Source of the DNA: Octopus vulgaris
Lineage: Eukaryota
Direction: 5' to 3'
DNA: 64,000 nt
Assembly: GCA_951406725.2 (NCBI GenBank)
Contig: OX597814.1
Span: forward strand, 198,958,001 to 199,022,000
The notes under the pieces are model-generated. The model had not been told where the DNA came from, searched no databases, and saw only the letters and a program-made list of their open reading frames with translations. The translations under genes were made by a program, and so were the position numbers. Shown one piece after another: positions 25,373 through 39,787 of this stretch (its first letter is position 1; each line of letters begins with the position of its first letter).

Positions 25373-25375
<3 letters not shown>

Positions 25376-25924
25376 TGATAAGGTGAATGAAGATTTGTAC
25401 ATTCAGACTTTATTCATAGTCGGTTTATTCATAATAATCATCCCATACGTGTTTCGATAGAATTAGTTGCATATTATTCCATTTTTCATATGCCGCGATT
25501 TACGCATTATTAGTACAATCAATTCAGGGTGTATAAATATGACATTGTTCGAAGAGGAATTTTACTCCGTTATTACTTTGAAAAGGGCTTGGTAGCAGTA
25601 GTAGAAAACCATGACATTCATCGATGAGCTGCTTTTCACAACTGCTGAATTTTACCTAAACAATCACTTGTGAAAAGCGGCTCATCGATGAATGTGATGG
25701 TTTAATGTTACCAAGGCAGGTTCAAACTAATAACGGAGTAAAGCCCCTCTTCGAACAATGTCGTATTTATACACCCTGAAGAGATTATACTAATAATGCA
25801 TAAATATTTAACAATATGCAATTAATTCTATTGAAACACGTATCGGACGATTATTATGAATAAACCAATGGTAAATAAACATAAAGTTTGAATTTCAAAT
25901 ATTTCATTCCCCTTATTATCAATA
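25373..25924. repeat. ~550-bp imperfect palindrome, arms ~265 bp
   Basis: For example cattcatcgatgagctgcttttcacaa / ttgtgaaaagcggctcatcgatgaatg, and ttcagggtgtataaata / tatttatacaccctgaa; spacer ~25645-25664. Confidence 0.9.
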
Positions 25925-26083
25925 TTGTACTTTACACTCTAATTAGCCAGAAAACAAAAATGTAACATCGGATGAGAGTTAAAGGAAATTTACCATAAAA
26001 TGCACCATCTGAAGGAACCAACCTTGGCGTTGTTGGCATTGTAGATGGAAAAATTCGGTATCTACCTGGATATTATATCCCTC

Positions 26084-26150
<67 letters not shown>

Positions 26151-26755
26151 GGGGAGAGATAGGGGAGAGAGGAAGTGTGATAGTGAGACAGGAAGCAGGT
26201 GCGATTGATGGTTGTATCTATTCAAACCAGCATCGGTTTACGGCCATCATACCCGTTACTATTCCTAATGTCCTGATGGTTTTTGGCGATGTTTGAAACT
26301 TAAACATTAAAATCGATATATAAAATAATGATACCAAAGTTTTAATCTCTAATTTAATGCCAATCAAGAGATGTCACATAATCAATTACTTGTGCTGGAC
26401 AGATTGAATAAATAAATAAACAAAGAATGTCTGCTTAAGAGAGATATTTAATATATATGTAGTAAAATTCAACTCACGACGGACCATCTGACAGAAAGAG
26501 AGAAACAGAGAGAGGGAGTAAGAGAGAGGGAGAGGGAGAAAGAGAGAGAGAATGAAATATAATGGATTTGTAGAAATACAATTCGTGGCTGGAATATTGA
26601 TAATGTCATTAGGATATGTCTGACAAAAGTGAATTAACAATCATCAATCGAATAACGATGTATTTTATTTCGTTGGATTTCAGTGAAACAAGTAATACGT
26701 GTAGTTCTATGAAAAGAAATTCATGGAAAATTCTACACATTTTATGGGATTATCA

Positions 26756-26837
<82 letters not shown>

Positions 26838-26840
26838 ATA

Positions 26841-27165
26841 GGCGCAGGAGTGGCTGTGTTGTAAGTAGCCTGCTTACCAGCCACATGGTTCCGGGATCAG
26901 TCGCACTGTGTGGCACCTTGGGCAAGTGTCTTCTACTATAGCCTTGGGCCGACCAAAGCCTTGTGAGTGGATTTGGTAGACGGAATCTAAAAGGAACCCG
27001 TTGCATATATATGTATATATATGTGTGTGTGTTTTTCACCCATCATCGCTTGACAACCGTAACCTAGCGGTCCGGCAAAGAGAGCGACAGTTTACAAAGA
27101 ATAAGTCATGTGTTCGATTTGCATGGCCGCAGTCAAATGACTGAAACAAGTAAAATCATAAAAGA
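26841..27165 (+). mobile_element. SINE family A
   Basis: Head and tail present; deletions in the 3' half. Confidence 0.9.
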
Positions 27166-27429
27166 ATATATATATATATATATATATTAATAATAATAAT
27201 ATTAGGGAGTAAATCCAAACTTACAGGGAAAAATTAGATTTAGGATTAAATCTAATTTTATTGTATAAATATATATATATTATATTAAATTAGAGAAAAA
27301 ACCACTATTAGGCAAATCAAACAGTGAACATCATAAACCAATACATAAAAATAAAATGGAAGAAATACAAACCTATTTCGGATTGATCACCGACAAAGAC
27401 GGTGAATCTAGGATAACACCACTAGACGA

Positions 27430-27780
27430 AATAAAAAATAAAATTAAAGAATAGACCATTGCTTATAAAGTATACTATGTAGAGAAGAAAACGATTTGAA
27501 CACCTGGAGGAAAGCACCATTGAAAAGTGTCTTGGTGCGACTATGAAAGATATCAAGTATCTAACCAGAGGCGGTAAATTCACCACAATAGAAGCAAGGT
27601 TCGAGTCAATGGAGCATGCATGGGAGTGCTTGACTCGAACCTTGCAAAGTGGAAATATTTTATTTTTACCTTTATATCTGGGGCGTAGGACGTCCCGGAT
27701 AAAAGTTAAAAATGCCCCCCTCCAGAAGTAGAGGTAGGCTGGATTGTAGCCACACTTCTATACAAGATACAATTGATCGA
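27430..27780 (+). mobile_element. Possible ORF1 remnant of an L1/Tx1-like retrotransposon
   Basis: LEESTIEKCLGATMKDIKYLTRGGKFTTIEARF...LPLYLGRRTSRIKVKNAP/PEVEVGWIVATLL resembles the P.Y.G.R..RV.V.NVP pattern of such ORF1 proteins. Confidence 0.35.
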
Positions 27781-28116
27781 AATTACAAGAGACGGGCTAA
27801 CAATTCCAGTCTGTTATATATTTTGGGTATTGTTATCACTAGCGATATCAAGATATAATTTTGTATTTTATGTGTAGATGTATATATATATAGATGTACA
27901 TGTAATATGTACACATATATATACACATATATACATGCACTAGCACTATGACACGGCAACGACGGGTCTTTAATGCTAGTATATATATATGTGTGTGTGT
28001 ACTTATATATGTCTGCGCACACCTTTGAATGCAGTGTATACCACATCAGATTCTATGATGGAGTTAAGGTGTAGGTACAGGAAGTGGTGAAAATCTGCAT
28101 AAGGAGTAGACACCCA

Positions 28117-28154
<38 letters not shown>

Positions 28155-28245
28155 TATATATGTATGTGTGTTTATGTGTGTGTATGTGTGTGCATGTATA
28201 TATGTGTATCTATGCATACATACACACGCACATACGCACACACAC

Positions 28246-28296
<51 letters not shown>

Positions 28297-29688
28297 GCAC
28301 AGCTGAAGAAGACTTGGTGTCGAAACGATGAAAGGTCAAACTTTTAAATAGTACACACATACACACGCATATACACGAGCTCACACACTCACGCACACGT
28401 ATATAATCTGTGTGCTTTTGTATACAAAGACAGAGAAGGTGGAGGAGAGGAGGCGACGAGTAATTAATATGTAAATTAATGTAAATAGGGAAAGAGACCG
28501 ATTTCGCTGAGTGTTTTACGAAATAAGTTGACATACTCCACGCAAGATAGGAAAGAAAACGGAACTGAAAACAAATCAAAACTATTTTTCTATTAACTCA
28601 CTTCTGCAAATGTCGTTTGTTCTTGTGACGTACAATTTAGAAGAGATTATTTTTTGTTAATATATTTTTTGTATTTTGCAACGTTTCTAAAATATGCACT
28701 GCAGGGCAGTAATAAATGGAAATGTCAAAATGGAATGAGGTTCCCTATCTTTTGATAAATAAAAAATAAAAGTATAAATAAATGAAAAAATAGATTGATC
28801 TCCTCCAGTCAAGAATGCAATATCAATTAGTATTTTAAAAATTAGTTCAATCTGAATGATAAAAAAAATGTTGAGGTTTTCCTAACATTTCATAGCTGTA
28901 TTTGTACCTTAATTTTTTTAATCGGGGATTCTTTTATTCATTAGATTGACACAATTTTCTTGGAAGCTTGAAACCTAAACAAATTTAAAGATTTAATCAT
29001 TGCTCTATATGATAACTTTATGTGGCAAAATCAGGTTACGAAAAAATACTTTTACCTTCCGTTCTGGCAACTCTTACACTAAACGTCGCATCTTCCTTCC
29101 ATAATTTCCCATTTGACTCTGTAACTACTCCAATCTCTCAGGTATAACGTTATTTTCTTTTATTTTCAAAAGGAAATGAAAACTCTGATCTTTCGGTTAA
29201 AATTCCCTTCGCTTTGCAAATCGCTAATTGCCTTGCGCCTTCACACTCTTTAATCAATGAAGCAATTAATTGCCACCTTCTCCTCGTTTCAATCAACTAG
29301 TATTTACCAAATAACTACACATTACTCTGTCTAACGTCTAACGTATGGCTGTCTTTCCTTTACATTTCACTCGGTCATTCTGGCCACTGACCTTCTATCA
29401 AGCCTTTTCACCTAGGTAATATCTCATCTCCTCTTCTATATTTGTTCTAAACTTTCAGTGTCCCTAATGCAATGAACTGGCAGAAACGTTAAGGAGTCGT
29501 ACAAAGTGCTTTGCGGTAATTAATCTACCACTGCGCTTCCTTACTGCCATCTTTAACTTTGCCGTTTATCCCTTTTAGTTCGATATCATAAAATACGTGT
29601 TAAGTACTCAGATCAATGATATCGAATAAACCTCTCTATTCAAAAGTGCTGGCCTTGTACCAAAATTAGAAACCATATTTCCAGTCTA

Positions 29689-29975
29689 GGCGCGGGTGTG
29701 GTTGTGCAATCACGTGATTTCTGGTTAATTTCCATTGTCATCCACTATTGACCGCAAATTGCTTTTTGAGTGAATTTGGCAGACGAAAAGTGTGTAGAAG
29801 TCCGCGCATATATATACATAGCGGTCACTTAGCGGTTCGGCAAAAGAGACCAATAGAATAAGTACTGGGCTTACAAACGAATAAGTCCCGGGGTCGAGTT
29901 GCTCGATTAAAGGCGGTGCTCCAGCATGGCCGCAGTCAAATGACTGAAACGAGTAAAAGAGTAAAAGAGTAAAAT
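29689..29975 (+). mobile_element. SINE family A, degraded head with intact tail
   Basis: Tail cttagcggttcggcaaaagagacc...gactgaaacgagtaaaagagtaaaagag. Confidence 0.85.
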
Positions 29976-32155
29976 AGTATACATACATACAAATATATAT
30001 ATGTATATATATTGATTCAATTTTGGGGGATTAAGCGATATGCGGGTATTCTATTTCAGGTAATACGAAAAATAACCTAATGAGAGTATCTGACAGTAAA
30101 CACATGGTATCACTTTGCACATCACGAAATAATGCTTAAAGGATATAACCGAAATTACCAGCAGGGTATATGATATACTTCATTAATTTTCCCACATTTT
30201 AGTTAATACTTAAATTTATTAAATATGAAGGGAGTACACGTGTTTCAATTTTGGAAGATTACAATATATATACATATACACAACTGAATACATATATATA
30301 CACACAAATAAATACATTTATACCATCGTCAGATTTACAATTATTCGAACACATCTTTAGGTTCTTTTTCAAAATATTATATATCTAATTTTAAAAATAT
30401 TGCTGACTTGAGTGGGCTTATATACATATGCATGTATATATATATACATATATATATACATATATATATACATACGCATGTATATATATATATATACATA
30501 TGCATGTATATATATATACATATACACATACATGCATATGCATGTATTTATACACACACACACATACATACATATATATATATACGTATGAGCGTGTGTG
30601 TACATCTATGTATATATATATGTGTGTGTTTGTTTGCGTTGGTCCCCACCACTGTTTGACAACCGATGTTGCTTTGCGTACGGCCCTTAACATTAGCAAT
30701 GAAGTCCGATAGTATAAGTACTCGACTTAAAAATAAGTACTGTGGTAGCTTTGTTCGATCAGAACTCTAAAACAAAAAATGGTGCCCAAGCATGGACACT
30801 GTTCAATGAGTTAAATAAAAGATATTCATAGAGACATTTGAAAGAGGAAGAGATATGCTCGAAACGTCAGATCTGTCATCCTGCAACGTCTGAATCTGAA
30901 ATTGTCCAAATTTCCTATCTTTATTTTATGAAAATCTATCCCTTAAATGTTATTATAACATTTATTTGAAAAATCTTATTTATGTGTTTGAAAGTCTATA
31001 GCTAAAAGATCAAATTAATTTGGATTACATTTCAGGTAATCTTAGCTATTTTATCGATAAATAATCATGAGAAACAAATAGAAATCGAAGAGAGATGCGG
31101 AGAAATTGATGTTTAATTAAGTCTCAGATGTTTTCATATTTATTTTATGGGAATATATTCAGAACGTATTTGCACGATTTGTTATATATTTAATTACCCT
31201 TAAAGCTTTTACTGCAAGGCCTGCGTCAATGTTTCTCAGCGCTGTTCTTTCAATATGGATATTCTAGTGATTATAAGGAAATTTGATATATTTAAAAGGA
31301 AATAACAAAAATATGAGTTATGTCCCGGAGGTCATAAGGTAATCTAATGCTATTCTTTATCAGGCAAGAATATTTTTCTATCTTTGTGCACTTTTGATTT
31401 TACAGAGACAAGTACAGCATTTCATTATTTATTTCCTCATTTACGGAAGTGACTGAAAGTTGAGATAAACTTTTAGTTCACATACAGTGATTTCTGCTTC
31501 ACTTTGTATCAGATTGTAGATAATTCACGATAAGTCATAGCTAGAGCTTTCTGAATTCACTCGGTAGTTTACTTCTCATAACAATATATATTTGTCTGAA
31601 TTCTTTTAAAGAGAAGCAGTTTTGATTTTGTGTAATTATTTTGAGCGATCTCCATTACTCTATTACATTACTAACCAATGTGTTATGTTACAATTTGCGA
31701 AAGCTAATTATAACACAATACATTTAAACAACTAGTATGTGCAGGCATGGGTGTGCGGTTAAGAAACTCGCTTTGCAACCACGTGGGTTCGGGTTCAGAA
31801 ATACCACGAATCATCTTAGACAATTGACTTCTACTATATCCTCGCATCGAGTGAATTTAGTAATCTGAAATTATGAGGAAGTCCGTCGTGTATATATATA
31901 TATATATATAATGGAGATATTGCAGTTAATAAATATTTATTTAATCTTTATTGGGCTTAATTGAAACGGCTGTAAGGGACTCCTTGATTTTTGCTGATGA
32001 TAAATTTTCATTAACTGCAATGTCTCCATGTTCTTATTTTTCATTTGAAAGATTGTAAACCACAGCTTATAATATAAACCTGTTATTTTATGGATATTAG
32101 GTATCGAATCAGTAATTCCTCGGATGACACCATCCCTTAATGAGGCTAATTGAAT

Positions 32156-32196
<41 letters not shown>

Positions 32197-32277
32197 TTAT
32201 TTTATAAAATAAATTAATTTACTCTGCTATGTATTGAGTACCTTATTTACTGTGGTTAACCCCGACTCAACCCGGGA

Positions 32278-32340
<63 letters not shown>

Positions 32341-32804
32341 ATCTGTGTGTATTAGAGGAAAAGAATAATAAGAACCAAGTTTTTAAAGTCATTTAAAATA
32401 ATTTAATTAGGGCAAGGTGAATTTGAAGTCTTATAACCGTTTCTGGGATAACCCAATTGGTTGCTTAGTATGTCCGTGCACTGGGTATTTCGTTATCAGA
32501 GACAAGGTATGAATATTTTAGTCGGGGAAAATTTCCAGTTTACAAGGAATAAAATTCACAGTTTATGAGGGATAAAATAGAAGAATAAAGCGCAAAAGTA
32601 GTTGGAAGAATATAGCCAGGAGAATAATATTCACAACTCATCTTTTTCCAGAGGATCTTGATGTTGGTCGGTACTTCCATGAACCTAATGGTCGACCAAC
32701 TATAGCACTTACCCTGCGTATCTATACCTCTAAATCACAAATAAGTGAAACCTCTCATATTCAATATGTATTTATGTATGTATGTTTGTATGTAAGTGTG
32801 TGTC

Positions 32805-32878
<74 letters not shown>

Positions 32879-32894
32879 TCTATCATTCGCCATG

Positions 32895-33075
32895 ATAGAT
32901 CGCTAGCCACTACACTTTCTTTATTTTCTCTCTTTGTTTCTTTGTGTTCCTTTTGTGGAAGAGCGTAGGCTCGAAACGTTAAAGACTTTTTCACTTCCCG
33001 AGCGTTATACGAATACATCTGTTTGTTGTCTACACCACCTATCTTCGTCTTTTGTGTTTTTGTGAATTCACCATA
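32895..33075 (+). mobile_element. Repeat family D
   Basis: Matches 8345-8525; flanked by (TA)n. Confidence 0.8.
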
Positions 33076-34045
33076 TATTTATATATATATATACATACAT
33101 ATGAGTGACTCCGCGATTGCCCCTTATCCACAGCGATCACCGGAAAAGCCTGTTCGTGAGATTAACGTTCAAGCGATTGAGCACTCCGCAGCCACACGTA
33201 GCCTTAACCTAGTTCACCGGGAGATTCAGTGTGACACATAATGTAACAAGATCAACCCTTTGAATTACAAGTACAACTCATTTTTGATAGCTGAGTGGAC
33301 TGTACCATCCAGAAATAGTGTCTTGTTCAAGGACACAAGGCGCCACCAGGTATCGAACTCGCGACCTTACGATCAAGAGTCGAATACCTAAGCTACTAAG
33401 CTGCACACCTTCACTTTCTCGATTGCAGGTCTTAGTATAAGTGCAGATAATTCTTCTGATACAGTAAATACTATTCATACAGTATATACCGTGAATATTC
33501 CTGTTTCTTACTGATGCTTCATTTTCCTAGGTAGAACAGTCAGTCTTTTTTTCTAACAGACATACCTCGGAATGCTCAGGGAAATGTAAGTAACAGGTAT
33601 AACCTACATCTCCCTATCTTTTCAACCTCTTTATGTAACGAACTGACGAGTCTTGCTAAGCTTCAATTGTTATAGTCTTCTTATATATCTTCATTCAGTT
33701 CAAAAGTCGACTGGAATATTTCTTGATAGTTACCCGAACTCCAATAGCTAACCCTAATTTCCTGATATGGTCTGTCCCATAGTAATAACCCACGAGTTAT
33801 TTCCCAGTTAAATTTTTTCAGTAAAGATCTGTAAAGAGTCATTTCTTTACTGTTACCCAAACAAGAATATTGTTTTCTCTTTACCAGGCTTGTACGAATG
33901 GCAAAACATCTATGGCGTCTTATTCTTAACACGAAAGGATGAATAGTATCTGACCCCGACACTCTGCAAATACGTATATATATATATAATGTGTGTGTGT
34001 GTGTATCATATGTATATATGTATGTATATATACAATTTTATACGT

Positions 34046-34445
34046 ACTCTTTTACTTGTTTCAGTCATTTGACTGTGGTCATGCTGGAACACCGCCTTTA
34101 GTCGAGCAAGTCAACCCCAAGACATATTCTTTGGAAGCCTAGTACTTATTCTATCGGTTACTTTTGCCGAACCGCTAAGTTCCGGGGACGTAAACATGCC
34201 AGCATCTGTTGTCAAGCGATTTTGGGGTGGGGGGCAAACACATACACAAACATACATACATATATTTACATATACATATATACGACGGGCTTCTTTCAGT
34301 TTCCGTCTACCAAATCCACTCACAAGGTTTTGGTCGACCCGAGGCTATAGTAGAAGACACTTGCCCAAGCTGCTATCCCGTGGGACTGAACCCGGAACCA
34401 TGTGGTTGGCAAGTAAGCTACCTACCACACAGCCACTTCTACGTA
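34046..34445 (-). mobile_element. SINE family A
   Basis: Full-length reverse copy. Confidence 0.9.
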
Positions 34446-35084
34446 TGTATATATAATTTTAAACATCCATCCATGTTCACAAACGCATACGTATCTCTGT
34501 ATACTTACCCACACATTCCTACATAAAGAGAAAGAGAAAATGAATAGAGCGGAGAGAGAAAGTGAAAAATCTAGAATTGTGATAACAAGATTTTATGTGA
34601 GAATTGTTATATGCGTGTCTGTCGAATGTAGCAACTTTTCGCTTCTCGTTTCCTTTAAGAGGTTTTTACGACAACACCTGCGTTAATTTAATCTTCATAT
34701 GAGCGTTAAATTTTTTTACCTGATATTTAGAAAGTTTTCGAATGCCTATTCCAGTCATACGAAGTTGAAAGGAAATATAATTTAAAAAGAAAAATCTACA
34801 ATCTATAAACATAAAATTAGGTTATATTGTCGCTCGGAAGATTTACAATTATGGAATTTACGTTTAGTGCTCCGTTTTACTGTTTGAAGTCGTCCCACGC
34901 AAGAATATTGGCTTGCATTCACATATCTAAAGCTACTAAAATTCTTCGTTTCGGTTTAAATTTTTGGAGATTAATAGGACATCAGAGTTGCCCTGTGTCT
35001 CCTAAGAGCTCTAAACACCTCAATATATTGGTTAGTCGGACTGCAAATAGGTTATCTAAATTGGACATATTTTGTCGATTTTAT

Positions 35085-35390
35085 TTTTTTATTTTATTTT
35101 ATTTTATCTAGTTTCAGCTCACGAGCTGTGGCCATGCTGGGGTACCGCCATCTGGTGTTGCTACATGGTTTTACTACTTCACGAATGCTTTTTAGCAACT
35201 GCCATTTGGTGCATGAGAGAGTTCGATGCAGCTGCCCTCATCTGCACCTCCTGTCGTGAAGTTGGTTCATCTGGGATACCTGACAAGAAGAGATCCAGTT
35301 TCATTTTAAAGACATCTGCATCCACCCCATGCAGGTCTCTTAGGTTCTTCGGGAGGATATTGAAGAGCTGTGGGCCTCGATATAAACAAT
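35085..35390 (-). mobile_element. CR1/L2-group LINE extreme 3' end (second family)
   Basis: RGPQLFNILPKNLRDLHGVDADVFKMKLDLFLSGIPDEP...AASNSL; 3' UTR ggcggtaccccagcatggccacagctcgtgagctgaaactaga followed by (TAAAA)n. Confidence 0.9.
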
Positions 35391-36207
35391 GAGAATAATG
35401 TACACGGTACAAGTTCTCATACAAATCTAGTTTGAGCACACATACTCTCAAGAGACCCGTTTGCTCTCCCTAGCTACATATATTTCCAGAGGGTTTCCAA
35501 GTTTTTAATCGATTACTCCCCAGCGTGAATCGATTGTATCTATTATTTTGAGAAAATCTCGATTGCTCAATAAACTGCATAGTTTGACTGTTCTGTCTAT
35601 ATGTCCAACTGCTGTTCTGACGTAGGAGAACATTTGCGAAAGATGTAAATATAGCTCCCTTTTTAAAAGCAATTTTCTATTTATTCCGAAAATAGAATTC
35701 ATATAATCAGACTTATACAAGTTTTCATTCAACGGGGAATTGTCTTTGTTTGGACATTTTTGTTTTTATGGAAATTTCATTTTCTTTCATATTTTGAATA
35801 TTTTTAGAAAGTATGATATAACCATGTAATTATTTGCTTCTTGTTCCATCATTTCGTCTCAATATTTCTTTGCATCTTACTTTTTCCTCAATATTTTCTC
35901 TGTTACTTTATACAAGAAAATCTATGTATGGAGATAAATTATTTGCAGAAGAGAAGTAGAGAGCTAATAACTACGTAGACCAAATATATTAAATGTCTCT
36001 TACTATGATGATAGTTTAATATTAGTTACATTAGTTTTGTCCAATTCTGGAACTCGTTTCGCTTCAAAGTGAAAGAAGTTCTCATCTTCTAAACTTTCAT
36101 TGCAAAATTCTCAATCAATAATTTGATCAATATACTATAAAGATCGACACATTCAAAAGGAGACGGAAAACGTATCATTGAAGCTACGAAGTGTGTGTGT
36201 GTGTGTG

Positions 36208-36255
<48 letters not shown>

Positions 36256-36719
36256 AGAAATACGAAGAAATATTCAAATCACCGACGAAACTATAATTCT
36301 GCATTCTACAGTGCACCATAAACTCCCTAATAACCCATTATATTATAGGTACAAGGACAAAAATTTAGGGGAGGGGATAGTCGATTACATCGACCCCATG
36401 ACTCAAGGATGACCCCGAAAGGATGAAAGGTAAAGTCAAATTCAGAACGTAGCGACAGGCGATATACCGCTAAGCATTTGTCCAGCCTCCGAACAATTCG
36501 GCCTACTCGCCGCCTTGTAAACTCCTTAATAATGAAACTGATGAAAGAAGAAAAAGGTAAGAAATATGGATATTTTGATGGAATCGTGTATTATTTAATA
36601 GATGTGTGGTTAAGAAGCATGCTTTGCGACCACAGTTTCGGGTACAGTTTCATTCCAAAGTATCTCGGACGAAAGTCTTCAACTGTAGACCCGCGTCGAT
36701 AATTGTCTTGTGATTGAAT

Positions 36720-38030
36720 TTGCTTGAAAGTCTATTTGGACATAAGTTTTAATAGGGCCACAATTGCAAGGCTTAGTTTCGTTGATATTATGACTTAAGG
36801 AGAGATTATCGTTAATATTATTGTTAGTGCAATTAAAGTTGCTAAGGTTATTAGGAGAGACACTGTAACATTTTATAACACGGCTGGTATGTGATGCTGT
36901 AAATTGTGAAATATTGCAGGTGTTGCAAAAACCGAGTCTTATACCGTGTGTGTTGAAAGATTTAGTGGTACCTTGATTTAATAGGGAAGTTCCTTTCTAT
37001 AGCTTGAAGTAACAAGGGAAGGTTACTCTTTACTTGATTACCGTATAGAATAATCAGCTAAATATTTTTATTAGGGTTGCGTGATTCTATGCGAGATTTA
37101 TTACTAAAAAACAACTAATGTTATTTTTAAAAGAATGTAAAATTGGAGGGGAAACATAGTTACTTCCCTTTGTTCACTTTTAGGATTATGAAGGTAAGAA
37201 ATATGGATATTTTGATGGAATCGTGTGTTATTTAAATAATTAACTGTAGAAGGAACAGGGCAAGTACTCTTGTTGTTAATATATCTTCTGCTAATATTGC
37301 TTTACCTACTGTTATTGTTATTAGTACAGTTAGGGCTAAGCTGGTTAAAACATTTAATTTGTTCCTTATATCCTGTTTTGTATGAAGTTGAGTTATAAAA
37401 GTCAGCGTTGTTAGTGAAGACGGTTACATTGGCGGATAATTTAGATATTCTAAGGGATATGTTTTTGACCAAATTTTTTGTTATATTGTTGTTGTGGTTA
37501 CTAGAGGTACTGATGTATTTTAGGTTAGTTGAAGGTTTATAGTATGAGAAATACAAGGCCGTATTTAAGTTTAGAGTTAGCTCTAGGAAGTTAACCTTAG
37601 TTTTATCAACATCGAAAGAAATACTTAGGCCCATATTACTTTAAGAAATTGACTAAATTTTGTTTAATTTTTTGTAGTTTCTGATTTGAGGTATTCTTTA
37701 GGTAAAGTAGGCAGTTAACACGATATAAACCACCGAGTCTATAAGGGAATTGGTCTACTAGTTCTGATAGGATGCAAATTCTGACCAAATCGGGAAACTG
37801 AGCCGAATCGCTACTTCCCATAGGGATATCGAAGCAATCTGGCCCATCCCTATGAATCCAAAGTTTGTTATCGAATTGGATGATGGATTTTCTTGCCACT
37901 AGGGCAATATTAATTTCATTGCGGGTTAGTCCTGCCTTATTATGTGCAAACCATAGGACTTTGTTTAGGATGATAGGATTGATAGACGAATAATAGCTGC
38001 AGATATCGAATTATATGAATTTCCTATATT
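36720..38030 (-). mobile_element. Penelope-like element RT remnant (dead)
   Basis: FDICSYYSSI, FDIPMGSSDSAQFPDLV, GLYRVNCL (decayed GLYRDDGL), VNFLELTLNL...Y.KP...YI...SNH. In-frame stops; the portion below 37300 is poorly conserved. Confidence 0.85.
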
Positions 38031-38158
38031 TCTCCTAAATACGTTTTGCTTGTCCCCGGATTCAAATCCTACACAAGAGTGTCCATTGTTTCCTAGGACA
38101 CGCAACATTTAGCTACCTTGGAAATATTCCCTCTCATCATTCCTATATACTGTGCACT

Positions 38159-38217
<59 letters not shown>

Positions 38218-38433
38218 ATGCATGTGCGTGCTTGTTCTTCTACTGTATGATGACCAGTGTTGGTTTGTTTTTGTCAGTTAGCAGTTCGGCAAAGTGAAAC
38301 AATACAATAAGTATCAAGGTTCTATAAATACGGTTGTCGATTTGTTCGATTGAAATCTTCAAGGCGTTGCCACCTGTTTGACCGCCGTGTAGTGACTGAA
38401 ACAAATAAAAGAGGAAAGAATATGGGCCTATAG

Positions 38434-38646
38434 CCGTGGTTCCTAAACTTTTCACAGTGGTTCTCAACAGTGGTCTCCAACCCTTTTATTTAAATGAGTT
38501 TTTCCACATACCCATTTTAATATGCTTATCCTTATATATATATATATATATATATATGAAATTTTGAATTTAGTTCATGTCCCCCCCACCCAGCACTACC
38601 ATTGCGGACCACCAGGAATACGCCGACCCCAGGCTGGGAACCAGTT
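38434..38646. mobile_element. hAT(Charlie-like) MITE
   Basis: Ends ccgtggttcctaaactttt / ccccaggctgggaaccagtt; 8-bp flanks gcctatag / gcctagag. Confidence 0.65.
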
Positions 38647-39546
38647 GCCTAGAGGATAACAAAAGAACCTTCTAAGAAACTAATTAAAGAAACTGGCACT
38701 GCTGTAAATGATAGTTACAAAAGCCTGAAACTAGAGACCTCTGATCAGTTCCTTTTGACATCGACCCACCGGAGACCACTACTGGTTTTAGGATACAAAT
38801 TTCTCCTTTTAACGTGTGCTAAATTAAATCTATCCCTCAAAATTTCATTTTATGAATGAATTGAGAAATAAGGGAAGACTAACTATGAAAAAAGTTTTTA
38901 AAAGCTTTTATATTTCTGGCACAAAGAACCATCTTCCAAAGGAAACGATCTAAAAAAATGTGTGTTTCTTGATATTTTAGATAGTCCAGATACAACGCTC
39001 TTATTTCACGTTCCTAAAACCAGCTTAAAAATTGCATTTATTTTGCTAAATACTCCATTATTTTCAAAATTAATTCAAACGAAAGCAGCGTATTTCAACA
39101 AAAATATGATATCGAAGTATATCGAAGTATATTGTCGTTGTGTCATATTACAGTTTGATTCTCTATAGTCAGATAACTGGCTTAAAGTGGTCTAATAATC
39201 GATAAAGTACAAGGTTATAATGAAGAAATACGTTATGACCGACTTAACTGGATAATGAACAGTAATGGCATTGAAATAAATCATCACAACAACACCTAAA
39301 GGGAAATGGCCAGCCATTGAAAGAAATAAGATGAAAGAGAAGTATTATTGGCAGAATATATATATCTTAACCTCTCAAGCATTTTATGCAAATAAATGGG
39401 GCGTAAAATATAATGAAGAAAATCACTTTAGGGTTCAAAACAATTTCATCGCTTTCTATAGAGTTTGTTTTGATCATTAGAGAACTCGGATGGGTTATAC
39501 GCTTGTGCAAGGCTAAGTAAAAGTGTGGCAAATTATGTTCTATCAT

Positions 39547-39750
39547 CGCAGGAGTGGCTGTGTGGTAAGTAGCTTGCTTACGAACTACATGGTTCCGGGT
39601 TCAGTCCCACTGTGTGGCACCTTGGACAGGTGTCTTCTACTATAGACTCGAGCTGACCAAAGCCTTGTGAGTGAATTTGGTAGACGGATACTGAAAAAAG
39701 CTCGTCGTATATATGTATGTATATATATATATATATATATATCCATATCC

Positions 39751-39787
<37 letters not shown>

